From the NCBI GenBank assembly GCA_051362555.1, contig CM120644.1, forward strand, positions 13,538,567-13,602,566: 64,000 nucleotides of DNA, read 5' to 3'. The stretch's first letter is position 1, and every line of letters starts with the position of its first letter. The DNA is from Lingula anatina (lineage: Eukaryota; Animalia; Brachiopoda). Below are positions 1 to 11,427 of this stretch, piece by piece. Position numbers and translations under genes: made by a program. Under the pieces are notes generated by a model that ran no database searches, had not been told where the DNA came from, and was given only the letters and a program-made list of their open reading frames with translations.

Positions 1-169
1 ACACCATCTTAACCATATTAACTTCGCAGTTTCAGTTTTATGACAATCTTGATTTTGCGTGCAGACATTCAAATATCATATCCTTTTTTTACATTTTAAC
101 CTACAATCGCAGATCTAAATTATAGTTGATGCATACTGTTAAACAATATACTTCACGAAAAGATGTCGG

Positions 170-216
<47 letters not shown>

Positions 217-313
217 GTTCGCAGCAAACCTGTAATGCAAACTATAGCAAGTATTAGAAAAAGGCATAAGTGTAAAGAAACGACAGAAAAAAAGGGTAAC
301 AAACTATACTTAC

Positions 314-416
314 GTGTCAAGTCGATCTTCGGTCGTGACCTATTGCAGAAAGCATCAACATTAAGAATGAAGCAGCAAACGGCCACAAACGCAAGGGAAG
401 CAACTCTTATCTTCAT
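314..416 (-). CDS. First coding exon (signal peptide) of a secreted-protein gene continuing beyond the left edge of the window
   Basis: ATG at 416 gives MKIRVASLAFVAVCCFILNVDA|FCNRSRPKIDLT (basic n-region, hydrophobic h-region, V-D-A cleavage site), followed by a consensus phase-1 donor C|GTAAGT at 313-308. Confidence 0.7.
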
Positions 417-540
417 TTTGTGCCAATGTAAAAGTTACGGGACCTGTCGCTTTTTCCGAAGTTCTTCGGTGCCGGGAAAATCTGGACGGTTCTTGCTTTC
501 GAATGGGTAGAAGTCTGTCTATGATTGATGCCGTAACTTG

Positions 541-580
541 GCTTATATGCTTATTTTAAAACGAACCCTTGACCACGTGA
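541..580 (-). promoter_or_regulatory. Putative core promoter (TATA-like CATATAAG plus CACGTG E-box) of the left-edge secreted-protein gene
   Basis: The minus strand reads GCATATAAGC at 550-541, about 125 nt upstream of the ATG. CACGTG lies at about 574-579. Motif match only. Confidence 0.35.
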
Positions 581-1405
581 GTTAGCAGGCACTCCGTTAG
601 CGTCAGCCCTATTTTTATCTGGTTGATATTTTTAAGTTGGCCTTACTGCACTGATGAATTTTGTGCGTGCTTGATCAAAATTACCCACTCTGTAAGGAGA
701 ATTACTCAAGATGATATTTGATGAATGCTCCCTTTGAAGAAGTGCGCGAGTGTCCGCCAAATCACCTCTCTGACGGGAAACGGCTCAGAAAGCGTACATA
801 AATACTCTCGCGCACGTGCACAAATCCACTTCCTCTTCGCCCGTGATGAATGTTAGGATTGCTGAAAATGTCTGGAATGGGAAAGAAATTTAAGCGAATT
901 ATTTGCTCGTTCCAACCGCACGGAAACGTGAGCGATGTTTCAAGTGTCTCGCAAAGCAGGCTATCTCTAATAGAATTCTCAATGTCAAAATGCCACAGCG
1001 CTTTAAGCACCTTTATACTCGTTTTCGGAGGATAAGGTGAGAGTATATTTAGAACTGTGACGTCGCGGGCATCACGCTCCCGCTGACAGGCTGATGAAAC
1101 ATGCGAATTAATTAGTGAAGGCTATAAATAGGTTGATTTCTGTGTGTTTCCTGCTTACGATTTTTGGCAGATTTCTTTAACGAAATAATACATTCATGCA
1201 AACTGAATAGATCATGAATTAAAGGAAAACAGGTGCAACGGTTATACAGGTCTTTTGCACTAGGGTGTAAAATGTAAAATGTTTACTGCAACATGTAAAA
1301 AAATTGGGAAGGGGAGGTCGACAGAAAAACAAACATCACCTGATAAAATTTTTCACTGCTATTGTGCGAATGAAAAAATGTTCCCATGCAAACCTAAGTT
1401 AGGTA

Positions 1406-1446
<41 letters not shown>

Positions 1447-3842
1447 ATAAAAAAAGGAAACGAACCGAAATTACAAGATGACATTCACAGTAAGTCAGTA
1501 CACCGGCACTTGGTTAGCGTATAATTTATATCGTCAAGGTGTCTGGTGCCTCTCAGCACGTAAACAAATTATTTATACTGGACACATGGTACATACGCCT
1601 CTTTACCGGCATCATCAATTATATTTTGGCTGTTGCAGCCGCTTGTTTATTCATTTTTATACTTTATTCGTTATTCCCAGCATTCTGCATGATTTTTCAT
1701 GGTACCAATTTGAAACTGGTTGTCATTGAATTTTCTACATCTCCCAAAGTTCCAGAGCCAGATCCTGTTTCTATAGTATCCAGCCTCGATTTGAGCAAGA
1801 CAAGACGAAAACTGGATCATTTTCCGAAAAATGCAAAGTACAGTCAATATTGTGGTTCTGTTAGCCTTTAAGTTTAAGTAGATGGATTAAGCGTACCTTA
1901 ACAGAAGTTTGTAAACAACTTGGCGGCTTTACCTTTTCTTAGTGTGTTGCATAATTAGGTTATGCAATGCTTAAAACGTAAACATTTTGTTCACCAGAAA
2001 TATATCCTGTTTACTGATATCATCGTGACTTCCGCTGAAGTATTTCCCATGTGCAGCAATGTTGATTTGATTGATATGGTATTCTCCTTGGCACCCATGC
2101 TAGACAAAACGGATCCAGTCGAGTCGAGATAGCGTAACCTGGGGCACGCCAACGACACGCGCGTTGAAATTCATGTGGTAATAGGAACAAACCGCAATCA
2201 TTTTTCTGATTCTTCAGATTGCTCTCGATCACGCCATCGAATCGTTACTGATATGTTTTGTCTACTCTTTGGTTTCAACTCCTAAAATGGCGCCCCACAT
2301 GTACATAAACATAGTACTCACACAACGGACACAAGGCCTGTTTGTGTCTAGGTGATACTGAATAATTATATTCCTCAGAATTCGAATAGTTCAGGTCCTC
2401 AGCAGTTTTAGGACACTCGAATATTAATTTTACAACGGGAATGTATCTAGCTTGCTGCAAAGTTTTGGTTTTTTATTCAGATTCATGGTATATGAAACCT
2501 GTAAGAAACAAGAGACCACAGAAATGTGGTATGTATAGAATGTTGTCGAGGAATTGAAAAAAATGTTGAAGGGTTTAAGTGTTCTTAACAATTTGCTAGT
2601 GCTTATATATCGATCACCACTTAATCGAGTAGTAAACGCAGAAGTTTAATTCTAATGCACGCTTGTAAGCATCCTTATTCTTTATTAAATAATTCTTTAT
2701 TAACCATTTTATAATTATTTTGATTTTGCGCAGTCAATGAATAATTTTTTTTTTTGTATAAAAATCCAACGTTTAAACATGAACTACAGTGCATGTAGTA
2801 GACGTTTTAATTTTGTTATTTTCAAAAGTTATTTCATGTCTCGGGATAGGGGCTTACATGTACATGTACAAGTAAAAAAAAGTAGAAATAATCTAGTTCA
2901 AATTTCCACTGTAAATTAATGTACCTGTTACTCAATATATACGGGTATTGCATTGTACTGAATAACTTCTTACACCTACATGAAGTAGACCACTTGTCTC
3001 GGTTAAACGTGATATTTGAAAAACACAAGTACCAAGTACTCAAGAGTCTTAAACTATTGGGGGAGTACGTTTAAACATGAACTTTAAATATTAATTACGT
3101 GTCTGATAAAATTCAATTTTCACTCATCCCAACGCCACCACGACATGCTTCAGTGTCATTAACAACCTACCTGATGTATTTGTGGCTAGAAATGTCCCTC
3201 CTGCTATAAACGTCACATTTCGAGGGTGCAGATAGGTGGTTAAAATTTGCCTTATAATAAATCTTCGCCTACGCTTAATCTGGAAAGCTCATTTAATTTG
3301 TTTACGTGAAAATTGTCTCCTACAGGTAACTGTCACTTTTTGAACTGCCACTTTGTTATGTTTTCCTTACCTTGGATTGGTATGTTAAAGGGAATTCAAT
3401 CTCGAAGCTTTTAAACTCTTTTTCCTGTTGTGGAAGAATTCAGTTTAGTAGAAATCCCCACATTGTTAAGCTCTGTTCTACAAATGTGGTGTTTCTACCT
3501 TAAAACAAGCCCAAAATTTCCTGTCTTTCTGTCACCCTGTCTTTCACTCTGTTTTTTTTTTTTAGAAAGAAATCTTTCTTTCAGTCTGCCAGAAGTCATC
3601 TGTCACAGCTATCGCAATGATACAACCAACGATATTAAACTTCGACATTTCTTATATATTTAATAATTTATATATGACAGCGCTGGTACGTGTATGTTCA
3701 GTCAGTTATCTTGTGTGTCTAGGGATTATGCCTTTGAAATCAGCCTGTAAACGACTCAAGTAGTGAAAGTTTCATGGCTTATTCTTTACAAGTGAATATT
3801 TCTGTTATACATGTAGGCCTACATGTAGCTGTACAGCAACTT

Positions 3843-3878
<36 letters not shown>

Positions 3879-4445
3879 TGAGAATGCATAATGGTTCATT
3901 TTGCCTCCTGATTACCACGTCTAAAAATAACTTGATCATTTTCATTATCATTTAAAGATGTTTTTGCACCAAATACAATAACCTTGGTTGATTACGTTTA
4001 AGATTAGATCACTACGGGGGCGAGTGTAGTTCCGTAATTAACCAGATTACACCATTTACATTCCTCCTACAATGATTATCATAATCACCGGTAAATAACT
4101 TTTATTGCAGCATCATTTTTATAAATTGCTTTGCTTTCCACGATGATGTGCCTGTAGTGATGTTTAAGATTCTAATCATCTCAGTGCTCGTATAAAGATA
4201 AAAATATCATCAAGAGTGCGAGGAGCCTGGCATGCTCATTAGTCTTTTCTCAAAATTAAAAAAAAAGTTTTCTGTGTACCTCACCAAGTATTTCTGTTTT
4301 TGGCATAGGCTCTAGACATAGTTGTCTTAGTTTATTTTTACTTAACATTAGCATTTCTATTTATATTGCATATGTCGCCGTAGAGATAATTTATGTGACT
4401 CGATCACGGTTGGATGTGAGTACCCCCAAGTGAGTATGTGTGCAC

Positions 4446-4477
<32 letters not shown>

Positions 4478-5503
4478 TGATACATATATGACTCTACCTT
4501 GGTTTTCTTGGGAGTTTCTGACTATGTCATGACAAGAGAATGAGTTTTGTATCCCCTGCGGTGTAGACAAGCAATAGATTCAAGCTTGCCAACCGAGGCC
4601 ACTATCACCACGGATCCGATTATATTTGGACCTTAAGGTTACGCCTAAGAAATTCATTTGAAAGGTGTGTGGTTTGGATTTGGGTTTTTGTCGTTATTGT
4701 ATTGTATTTGAAACGCAATGAAAACCTTTTTCATGGAGGGAGAGCTGTTATCATTGGATGGATGCATTTCTATTAATATTCATCCAATCGACTTGAAAGA
4801 AAAAAGAAAGAAAGAATCAATACAATAAAAAAAGAAGAAGAGAGAAAAGAAATAAAATATTCCTTAACAAGTTTTGATAATTTTATTATATTGACTTTTT
4901 TGCCAAAACAACAAATTTTATTAGTATTTGGATAAAAATTATCTTTCTCGTACAAATGTAACTAGAAACATTGTGCTTCACGAGACACGTATACCCTGAG
5001 CGTTATTAAGCTAGACACTTTGACGATTTAGCAAATTAATCGTGTTGATCTGATATAAAAAATATAAATACATGACATTGAAAACGTATCTGTTAAGATC
5101 AACTAAAATAGATAAAATGTACCCGAGCTTTCGGCTTGTGTCTCTTCTTCGGGGTCTAAATTTTCAGTCCTTGAAGAAGACGTTTTCCAGTCCTTGAAGA
5201 AGACACTTTTATCTATCTTAATAATTTAATTTATGTAACGTAAAATTATTTAAACTACTATTAATCTTTATACAGTATATGTCACCCTAAGACTTAAGTA
5301 ACAGCTCTCTGTCCCTTAACCCAGGGAGTAATATATCCTTTGCCACTGGCGGTTCCAGATTTGAGGTCAGTGCCCTTTGTGTTTGACGCCGTTATCGCCA
5401 TCTGTACAAAGCCGGAACTGCCTACAGTTGCTTGTCCAGATCAAACGGTAGCCATTTGTAAACCATGGCTATCTGCTGAGGTAGAGTGCCTGGAACCTGT
5501 TGT

Positions 5504-7525
5504 CTAACTATGGCTGGAATGGCCTGTACCTCCGTGACCGGATTGTCCACTGTCTACCTGACCCCCGCTCTTCCCGCCACTAGTTTTGGACACTGACATT
5601 ATTCCAACTAAACCGGGGTAGGGTTTTTGGGGGTATGTGTTCGGGTAGGGCTGAGCATGCGGTTGATGATATGGTTGAGCATGTGGTTGATGATGTGGTT
5701 GAGCATGTGGTTGATGATGTTTTTGAGGATGTGGTTGATGATGAGGTTGAGCATACTGTTGAGGATAAGAGTGAGGATTATGCGCAGGTGCCTTGATGGC
5801 AGGCTGATGGTTGTATCCGTGGTTTGACACCGTTCTGTACGGGTTATACTGTGGTTTCTGTGCTGGAGGCGGGCTGTATTGTACGGGAATGTACACTGGT
5901 TTTTCAACCGGAACGTGGACGACCTGCGGTGGTTGTGGAACAGGAACGTAGTGTGTTTTTGGCGGCGGTGGTGGCGGCGGTTGTGGTGGTGGTTGTGGTG
6001 GCGGATGCGGAGGGTGATAGTGCGGTTTCGTTTCTTCTTTGGAACCTTATGAATAGAGGAATAAATACACGTAAATAAATTAATTATTAAACAGATAGGA
6101 AGAAGAAGGTAGTGTCAGTCTAACAGCATCACACTAATAAAAGAAGGAAATAGAGCGCGCGCGCGTATGTGTGTGTGTGTGTGCGCGCTCCTGCAGCGGG
6201 GAAAACCAATAAGAATTTTGCCAATTTACTCCCCATAATTTCCATAGAAGATATATCCTTAAACTGAAGCAAGATTACATGAATCCCTCCCTTTTACAAA
6301 AACAGGTACATGTAAATGATAAATATTCAGATTTGATGTTTACATTGTGCGTCAAGAGAGAGAGAGAGAGTCGATAGAGAGCGTGTGTCGAGAGAGAGAG
6401 AGAGTGTGTGCGTCAAGAGAGAGAGAGAGAGAGAGTCGATAGAGAGTTTGTCATCGAGAGATGCACAGAGGGGGTATTTACCTTGATCCATTAATCCCTT
6501 TAGTGCGAGCACATTTAAGAAAGCCTCTGCCACAGCGTTGTTGTTGTTGATGACTTTAGTTTCTGTTTTTGGTGCTGGGTGTCCTTCATTGGTAATAAAG
6601 ATTTTCATTTAATAAATCAATTAATATTTTCACTGCATAGCAAAATGATGATGCTAATAATCCTTTGCTGAATTCTCAATTTTAACCAAACGCTTTCATA
6701 AAGATAAGTGGTTTCAAAACAGATGGAAATTGGAATGAACGAATAATACAATACAAAATATAATATAATATAATATAATATAATATAATATAATATAATA
6801 TAATATAATATAATATAATATAATATAATATAATATAATATAATATTTCACTTACCAGTATATACAGTTTTGATTGGCACTATCGGTTGGGGAGGGGGTT
6901 GGTGCACTATAGGGGGTGGGGGTGGCGGTGGTGGAAGTGGGGGTGGTGGTTTTGGTATTGGAGGGGGGTGAAGAATCCGCTTCGGATCTTTGTCCGCTAT
7001 GAATGTAGAAAACATTGTATATCAGTATTTGTATTGTATTGTATTGTATTGTATTCCATTACATCGGGTTGTATTGTTTCATGTTGCGTTGTTTGTATAT
7101 GTATTCTATATTACATTGCAAATCACTACTGCAAAAAAAGTAGAAATATACATACACGAATTCACAATTTTTTATATTGAAACGCTGAAAAAGCTGACAT
7201 TAAGACCAAACTCCCCTTCAAAAACAGAAGAATGTACTTGCATCATCAGACTACCGAAGGAATGGAAAAAATCTCTCTTTGTCATTAAATCGACTGATTA
7301 ACACATTTATGATATAAAGAGACCATTCTTGCTTGCCGATAGCTGTACATTTTTGGCCAATATCATTACAAAATCTACAGATCACCTTTTTGGCACTGGC
7401 TGTTAGTGCATAACCACTGGTAGTTCCGTTTCCTGCTACTGCATATGCTACTAGCCGCCCACCTGAATATGAGGGCTAAAGTGTCCGTTACCTTATAATT
7501 AAAAAAATAGTCATGATAATAAAAA

Positions 7526-7577
<52 letters not shown>

Positions 7578-9318
7578 GAATTTAGAAGATTCCATATTCA
7601 TATCTGTATCTTCTCTAAACAAAATACAAAGTACAACGGGATGAACGTATTAGTAAAGCAGTGAATATGAATGTATATAAACACTGATGAAATTGTGAAA
7701 AGCAATCAATAGACTAATTGGTATTTATGTAGACAACATATAAATATTATCAACGGAGTATAGGTAGCCTAGGTTGGGGAAACAAGAGGGTAAATTAACG
7801 GAGAGACTTATGGGTAATGCATGTTGATACCTTACTTCCGATTCGTGTAAGGATGGAAGAATAAATGAACGACAAAAAAATTTAGGGGGGGGGGGTAAAA
7901 TTTGATCAGGGTACACAAGGTTTCATGGTAAAAGGTCCACCATTTCAGAAAAAGAACACCCCTTTGAAATTGCGGGCCACGGGCCTGGTTTTTCACTAGA
8001 TATTCACAGGTATGTCTCTGGTAAAGTAACGATATTCTCTGCACTGTGCAGGGGCGGATTGAGGCCGTCTTCTGGGTCTTCCGGAAGACGGTCAGATTTT
8101 AAAGTTTACATTGACGTGTATAATTTTTCTAACTTTTTGTCTGTCGGAAGATGGTCAAAAATAGATAAAAGATCAACAAAGATAATTGGAAAGACTGTCA
8201 GAAATTATCTCTGGATCCGCTCCTGCTGTGTCCATTTCCTAAAGCCCCATTTACACTAGACGGCGTCCTCTCTGCGTCCTGTAGTACGACATAGTTTGAG
8301 AGTAAACTGAAAAACTTTGTGCGACAACTGGTCGATCACTGAGCATTCATTCTGCAATAAAGCGAAGCTTGTGCCTCCTTTCTACGACCACAGCGATGCC
8401 AGTTGCATGGTCGCAGAAAGGACGCAGAAAGGACGCCGCCCAGTGTACATGGGGGGGGGGGGGGGGTTAAAAAACCGACGTCATCACTTACCCCTGCTGA
8501 ACCAGTATCTAAGCTGATGGTTGGTAAGCATAGGGCGTCACGGGAATAACAATCTTCTGCAGTGGTGCAGGCAGTGCCGGTGACTGAGAGAAGTGGATGA
8601 TTTCATACAATAATAATCACAATCACAGTTTAGTAAATAAATGAATAAAGTAATTAATTAATTAATTAATTAATTAATTAATCAGATAATACTCATTCAA
8701 ACACGTAGGCAAGCAGGCACAACTTTATTCAGTTGTAACTAACTAACTACAATTGTATAAGTACCTACCGAACAACCTATTACAAATTAACTAAATAATG
8801 TCGTCGCAATGAGCGCATTCCCAGAGATTTAGATCGATCCAACTAGATCGACCTAACTCCCTGGAGGTTCACGCTAAATTGCTGTCAGCGGGCCGCGGAC
8901 CGAAGTTAATTATCCCCTTACAGCTTTTAGTAGGCGGGACAGACATTTAAGCCGGCTAGGCTGACAGTAATCTAGTGAAACTCCCCACGGGGATAGATCG
9001 ATCTAAAATCTCTGTGGGAATGGGGTCAATGACACCATGCCCCTGTAGGTTACTAACTTTGGGAGCAAGACTTGTTCGCCTCGTTCACTCCATTGATGGC
9101 TGCAGTGAAGCCTTGCTGGCATACGCAAAATACCAGAGGACTGCCCCGAACTTCTTCCTTGTGATGGTAGGCAGCGGCGGCTGTAATAAATATATAAAGA
9201 CGAATTTATCCAATTTATTTATCTGATTAAAAGTTTTAAGAAAATCTATTTGAGAAACGGAGATGGATAAGATACCAATTGTTTACGCGCACGCGGGTGT
9301 GTGTGTATGTATGTGTAA

Positions 9319-9362
<44 letters not shown>

Positions 9363-10351
9363 ACTCGCTGTTAGTGCAATAGTTTCCAAGTTATACATTC
9401 TCTTCCCTCTCGCTCCTCTCGAGACGCTTTTTGCAATCTCCCTCTCTATCTCAACCGCCTTAATTGAAGATACATACTGTCCATGTATCAGGCGATATTA
9501 CAGCTGTGTCTAATCCCTGTAAAGTATGCAACTTAATGCTACAAGTTTCTAACGAAATTCGAATAACATCCAGATGCCAAAAAAAAAAAAAAAACACAAA
9601 TCAGTCATTATGTCAACCGATAAACAGCTTTAAAACTGCGCCTTCTTCAATTTTCTGGTCTTCATGTACACGTACTTAACCTTTTCTGTAGTTCATAATA
9701 AAACCAAAAATGAGAGACATAGAAAGAAATTATGACAAAAATGTCTGCGGTGTTGCCCTAAGTTATACTATTCGAAACAATATAGTGATTTTTGTCGGGC
9801 TTAGTGGCAATAATTTGAATCGGAGAAGAGATACAAAGACAGACCTTTCTTGTTCAAATTCCTCCTCTTCAAGCCCGAGAAATTCGGCAGCGGTATTTCC
9901 TCGCAGACGGCTCCCACTCCGCAACTGGATCCGGCCTCTGTGACGGGGCAAGTTTCAAATACTGTAAAGACGGATCAAGATTGGATAAAACTCGTTCCCT
10001 ATCTGGACGATCTGTAGAATTTTCAACCCTAAGTTGTCAATATCCTTGGGGATTCAGATACACAGTGTTCAAACTGATTTATAGGCCTATCTTCTTTTTG
10101 TGCGTGGTGTTATCATTTTCATGTTATTATTTTCATCCTCATTGAAAATACAACGTATAACCATGGCCATTTCTGAAGAAAACCATCACCCAAAATACTG
10201 ACCTTAAAACATTGACCAAAAGATCTTACATGCTAATTATGTAATAAAAGACTTCTAAGTGCAGTAAGTTCTTACGTTCGTCGTTTGGTATGACGGCCAG
10301 GGTGACATAAAAGGAGAGGAAAACGACTGCAAGCGTCCCAGCTGTCTTCAT
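5504..10351 (-). CDS. Secreted protein of about 432 aa: signal peptide, EGF-like and second Cys-rich module, poly-proline region, His/Gln/Pro/Tyr repeat, Gly/Ser/His tail (8 exons)
   Basis: Exons 10351-10276, 9961-9845, 9180-9058, 8583-8492, 7491-7386, 6996-6856, 6583-6482 and 6045-5504 join in frame across GT-AG introns (1299 nt, one stop). Product: MKTAGTLAVVFLSFYVTLA...CPVTEAGSSCGVGAVC...FCVCQQGFT...SC...CTTAEDCYSRDALC...C...CTNSQC...PPPIPKPPPPLPPPPPPPP...QPHHQPHPQKHHQPHAQPHH...SSHS*. A TATA-like TATAAAAAA lies on the minus strand at about 10620-10612. Three acceptors are AAG and one donor is GTCTGT, so some boundaries are less certain. Confidence 0.8.
5648..5760 (-). repeat. Coding 24-nt tandem repeat encoding QPH(A/P)Q(P/K)(H/Y)H-like octapeptides
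   Basis: Repeated ggttgagcatgtggttgatgat-type units on the + strand, about 4-5 copies, inside the last exon. Confidence 0.8.
6757..6845. repeat. (TAATA)n microsatellite
   Basis: Run of AATAT/TAATA pentamers about 10 nt inside the intron from the exon-6 donor. Confidence 0.95.
8049..8225. mobile_element. Short non-autonomous DNA element with CAGGGGCGGAT...ATCCGC(T)CCTG termini
   Basis: Terminal inverted repeats caggggcggat / atccgctcctg. Related ends recur at 11134-11427, about 32349-32362 and 62654 onward. Confidence 0.6.
8244..8466. mobile_element. Palindromic MITE with Harbinger-like ends (GCCCCATTTACAC)
   Basis: Left arm ccccatttacactagacggcgtcctctctgcgtcct pairs with right arm aggacgcagaaaggacgccgcccagtgtacatgggg. 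Confidence 0.65.
8815..9025. mobile_element. Palindromic MITE, CATTCCCA/GATCGATC family
   Basis: Arms cattccca-gagatttagatcgatc and gatcgatctaaaatctctgtgggaatg. The interior resembles 48082-48332. Confidence 0.65.
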
Positions 10352-11133
10352 CTTCGTTTTTATTGATGTCCAAGAGAAAATCAGATTATTTGAATCTGGA
10401 AAACGACAAGTGTGTCGAGAGAGAGAGAGAGTGCGCTTCAATTCATGAACAAAGAGAGATTTTCCTGCTCAATACAAGTGCCAAAACTGTTGACAAATTG
10501 AAAAGTAATTTTCAAATACAGTATAACTCTACCCTTCCGGAATGTAACTGAAAACATCAAATGAACACAATGAAAACCAAAAATCAATTCATAATTTATA
10601 TTTAAAGCACCTTTTTTATACGATGCTAACAAGCGTCGTAGTAATTCAAAGAAAAAAGCTCAAAATGGCATTCATCTTACCATAGCCATGGCCTGCAAGC
10701 ACACACAAATGGGAGGATTTTCCTTTTATATCGACCTCTGTGAACAAGGGGCGGGTCAAGCTCAGCGTCGAAAAGGAGCAAATTATATGTGTAGATATTT
10801 TTTTATTCTTAATGACCCACTGATAATCTGTAGGTCTTGAGGTTTTACCGGACAACATGGTGACACATTGTCATATCTGTATACCTAATCATTACTCGGT
10901 AGTTTGAAGAGTGGGACTATGTTTTTTACCACTGCACCATTGTGTCAAGGTGAAAGCCTGTTTCCAATACAGAAAGACCGGCCAAGCTTTGTGCAACGAT
11001 CCTATGTATGTTGTCTGTTAAGTTTCAGTTCAGAACAGGAAGCAAATATAGCCCTCTCTTTCCATCCCTCTGTCACCTACCTCTACCTCCTCTTCAACTG
11101 AGTTGAGCCATGTGCCGTCAGATTGAACTAATA

Positions 11134-11427
11134 CAGTGACGGATTTAGAGTAGGGGTGTCAGGGAGGGTTGACCGCCCTTCGATATCTGAAAACAAGTCA
11201 CACCAATTGTCCCCTCTTGAAATTAGAATTTTGACTAGCTGAATCATAGTTCTAAACCGTACCAAATGGCACCGTTCGCCCTCTAAAATACCAAAAATTT
11301 TCAGGGCCCTTTAGCGGACACCGAACCCCACACCAAAGGGCACGGGGGGGGGGGGGGGGGGGGGGGGGAGGGGCTCGCATCTACAGACCTCCCCCCCCCC
11401 CTTCAAATAATCCTGGATCCGCCCCTG
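11134..11427. mobile_element. Non-autonomous element ending in CTGGATCCGCCCCTG; a second copy lies inverted at 62654-62945
   Basis: 11216-11310 is close to the reverse complement of about 62830-62927, and both carry the GGGGCGGATCCAG terminus. Confidence 0.65.

Noticed and set aside
1058-1130. CRE-like TGACGTC and TATAAATA on the + strand
   Set aside because: No downstream exon or ORF was identified, and motif matches alone are insufficient.
2322-2498. Exon-like segment on the minus strand with good acceptor and GTGAGT donor
   Set aside because: It has no sustained reading frame and no linkable partner exon. It could be non-coding but cannot be supported.
5608-6078. Met/Leu/Trp-rich and Ile/Asn/His-rich ORFs
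   Set aside because: They are alternative frames and antisense of the His/Pro-repeat exon.
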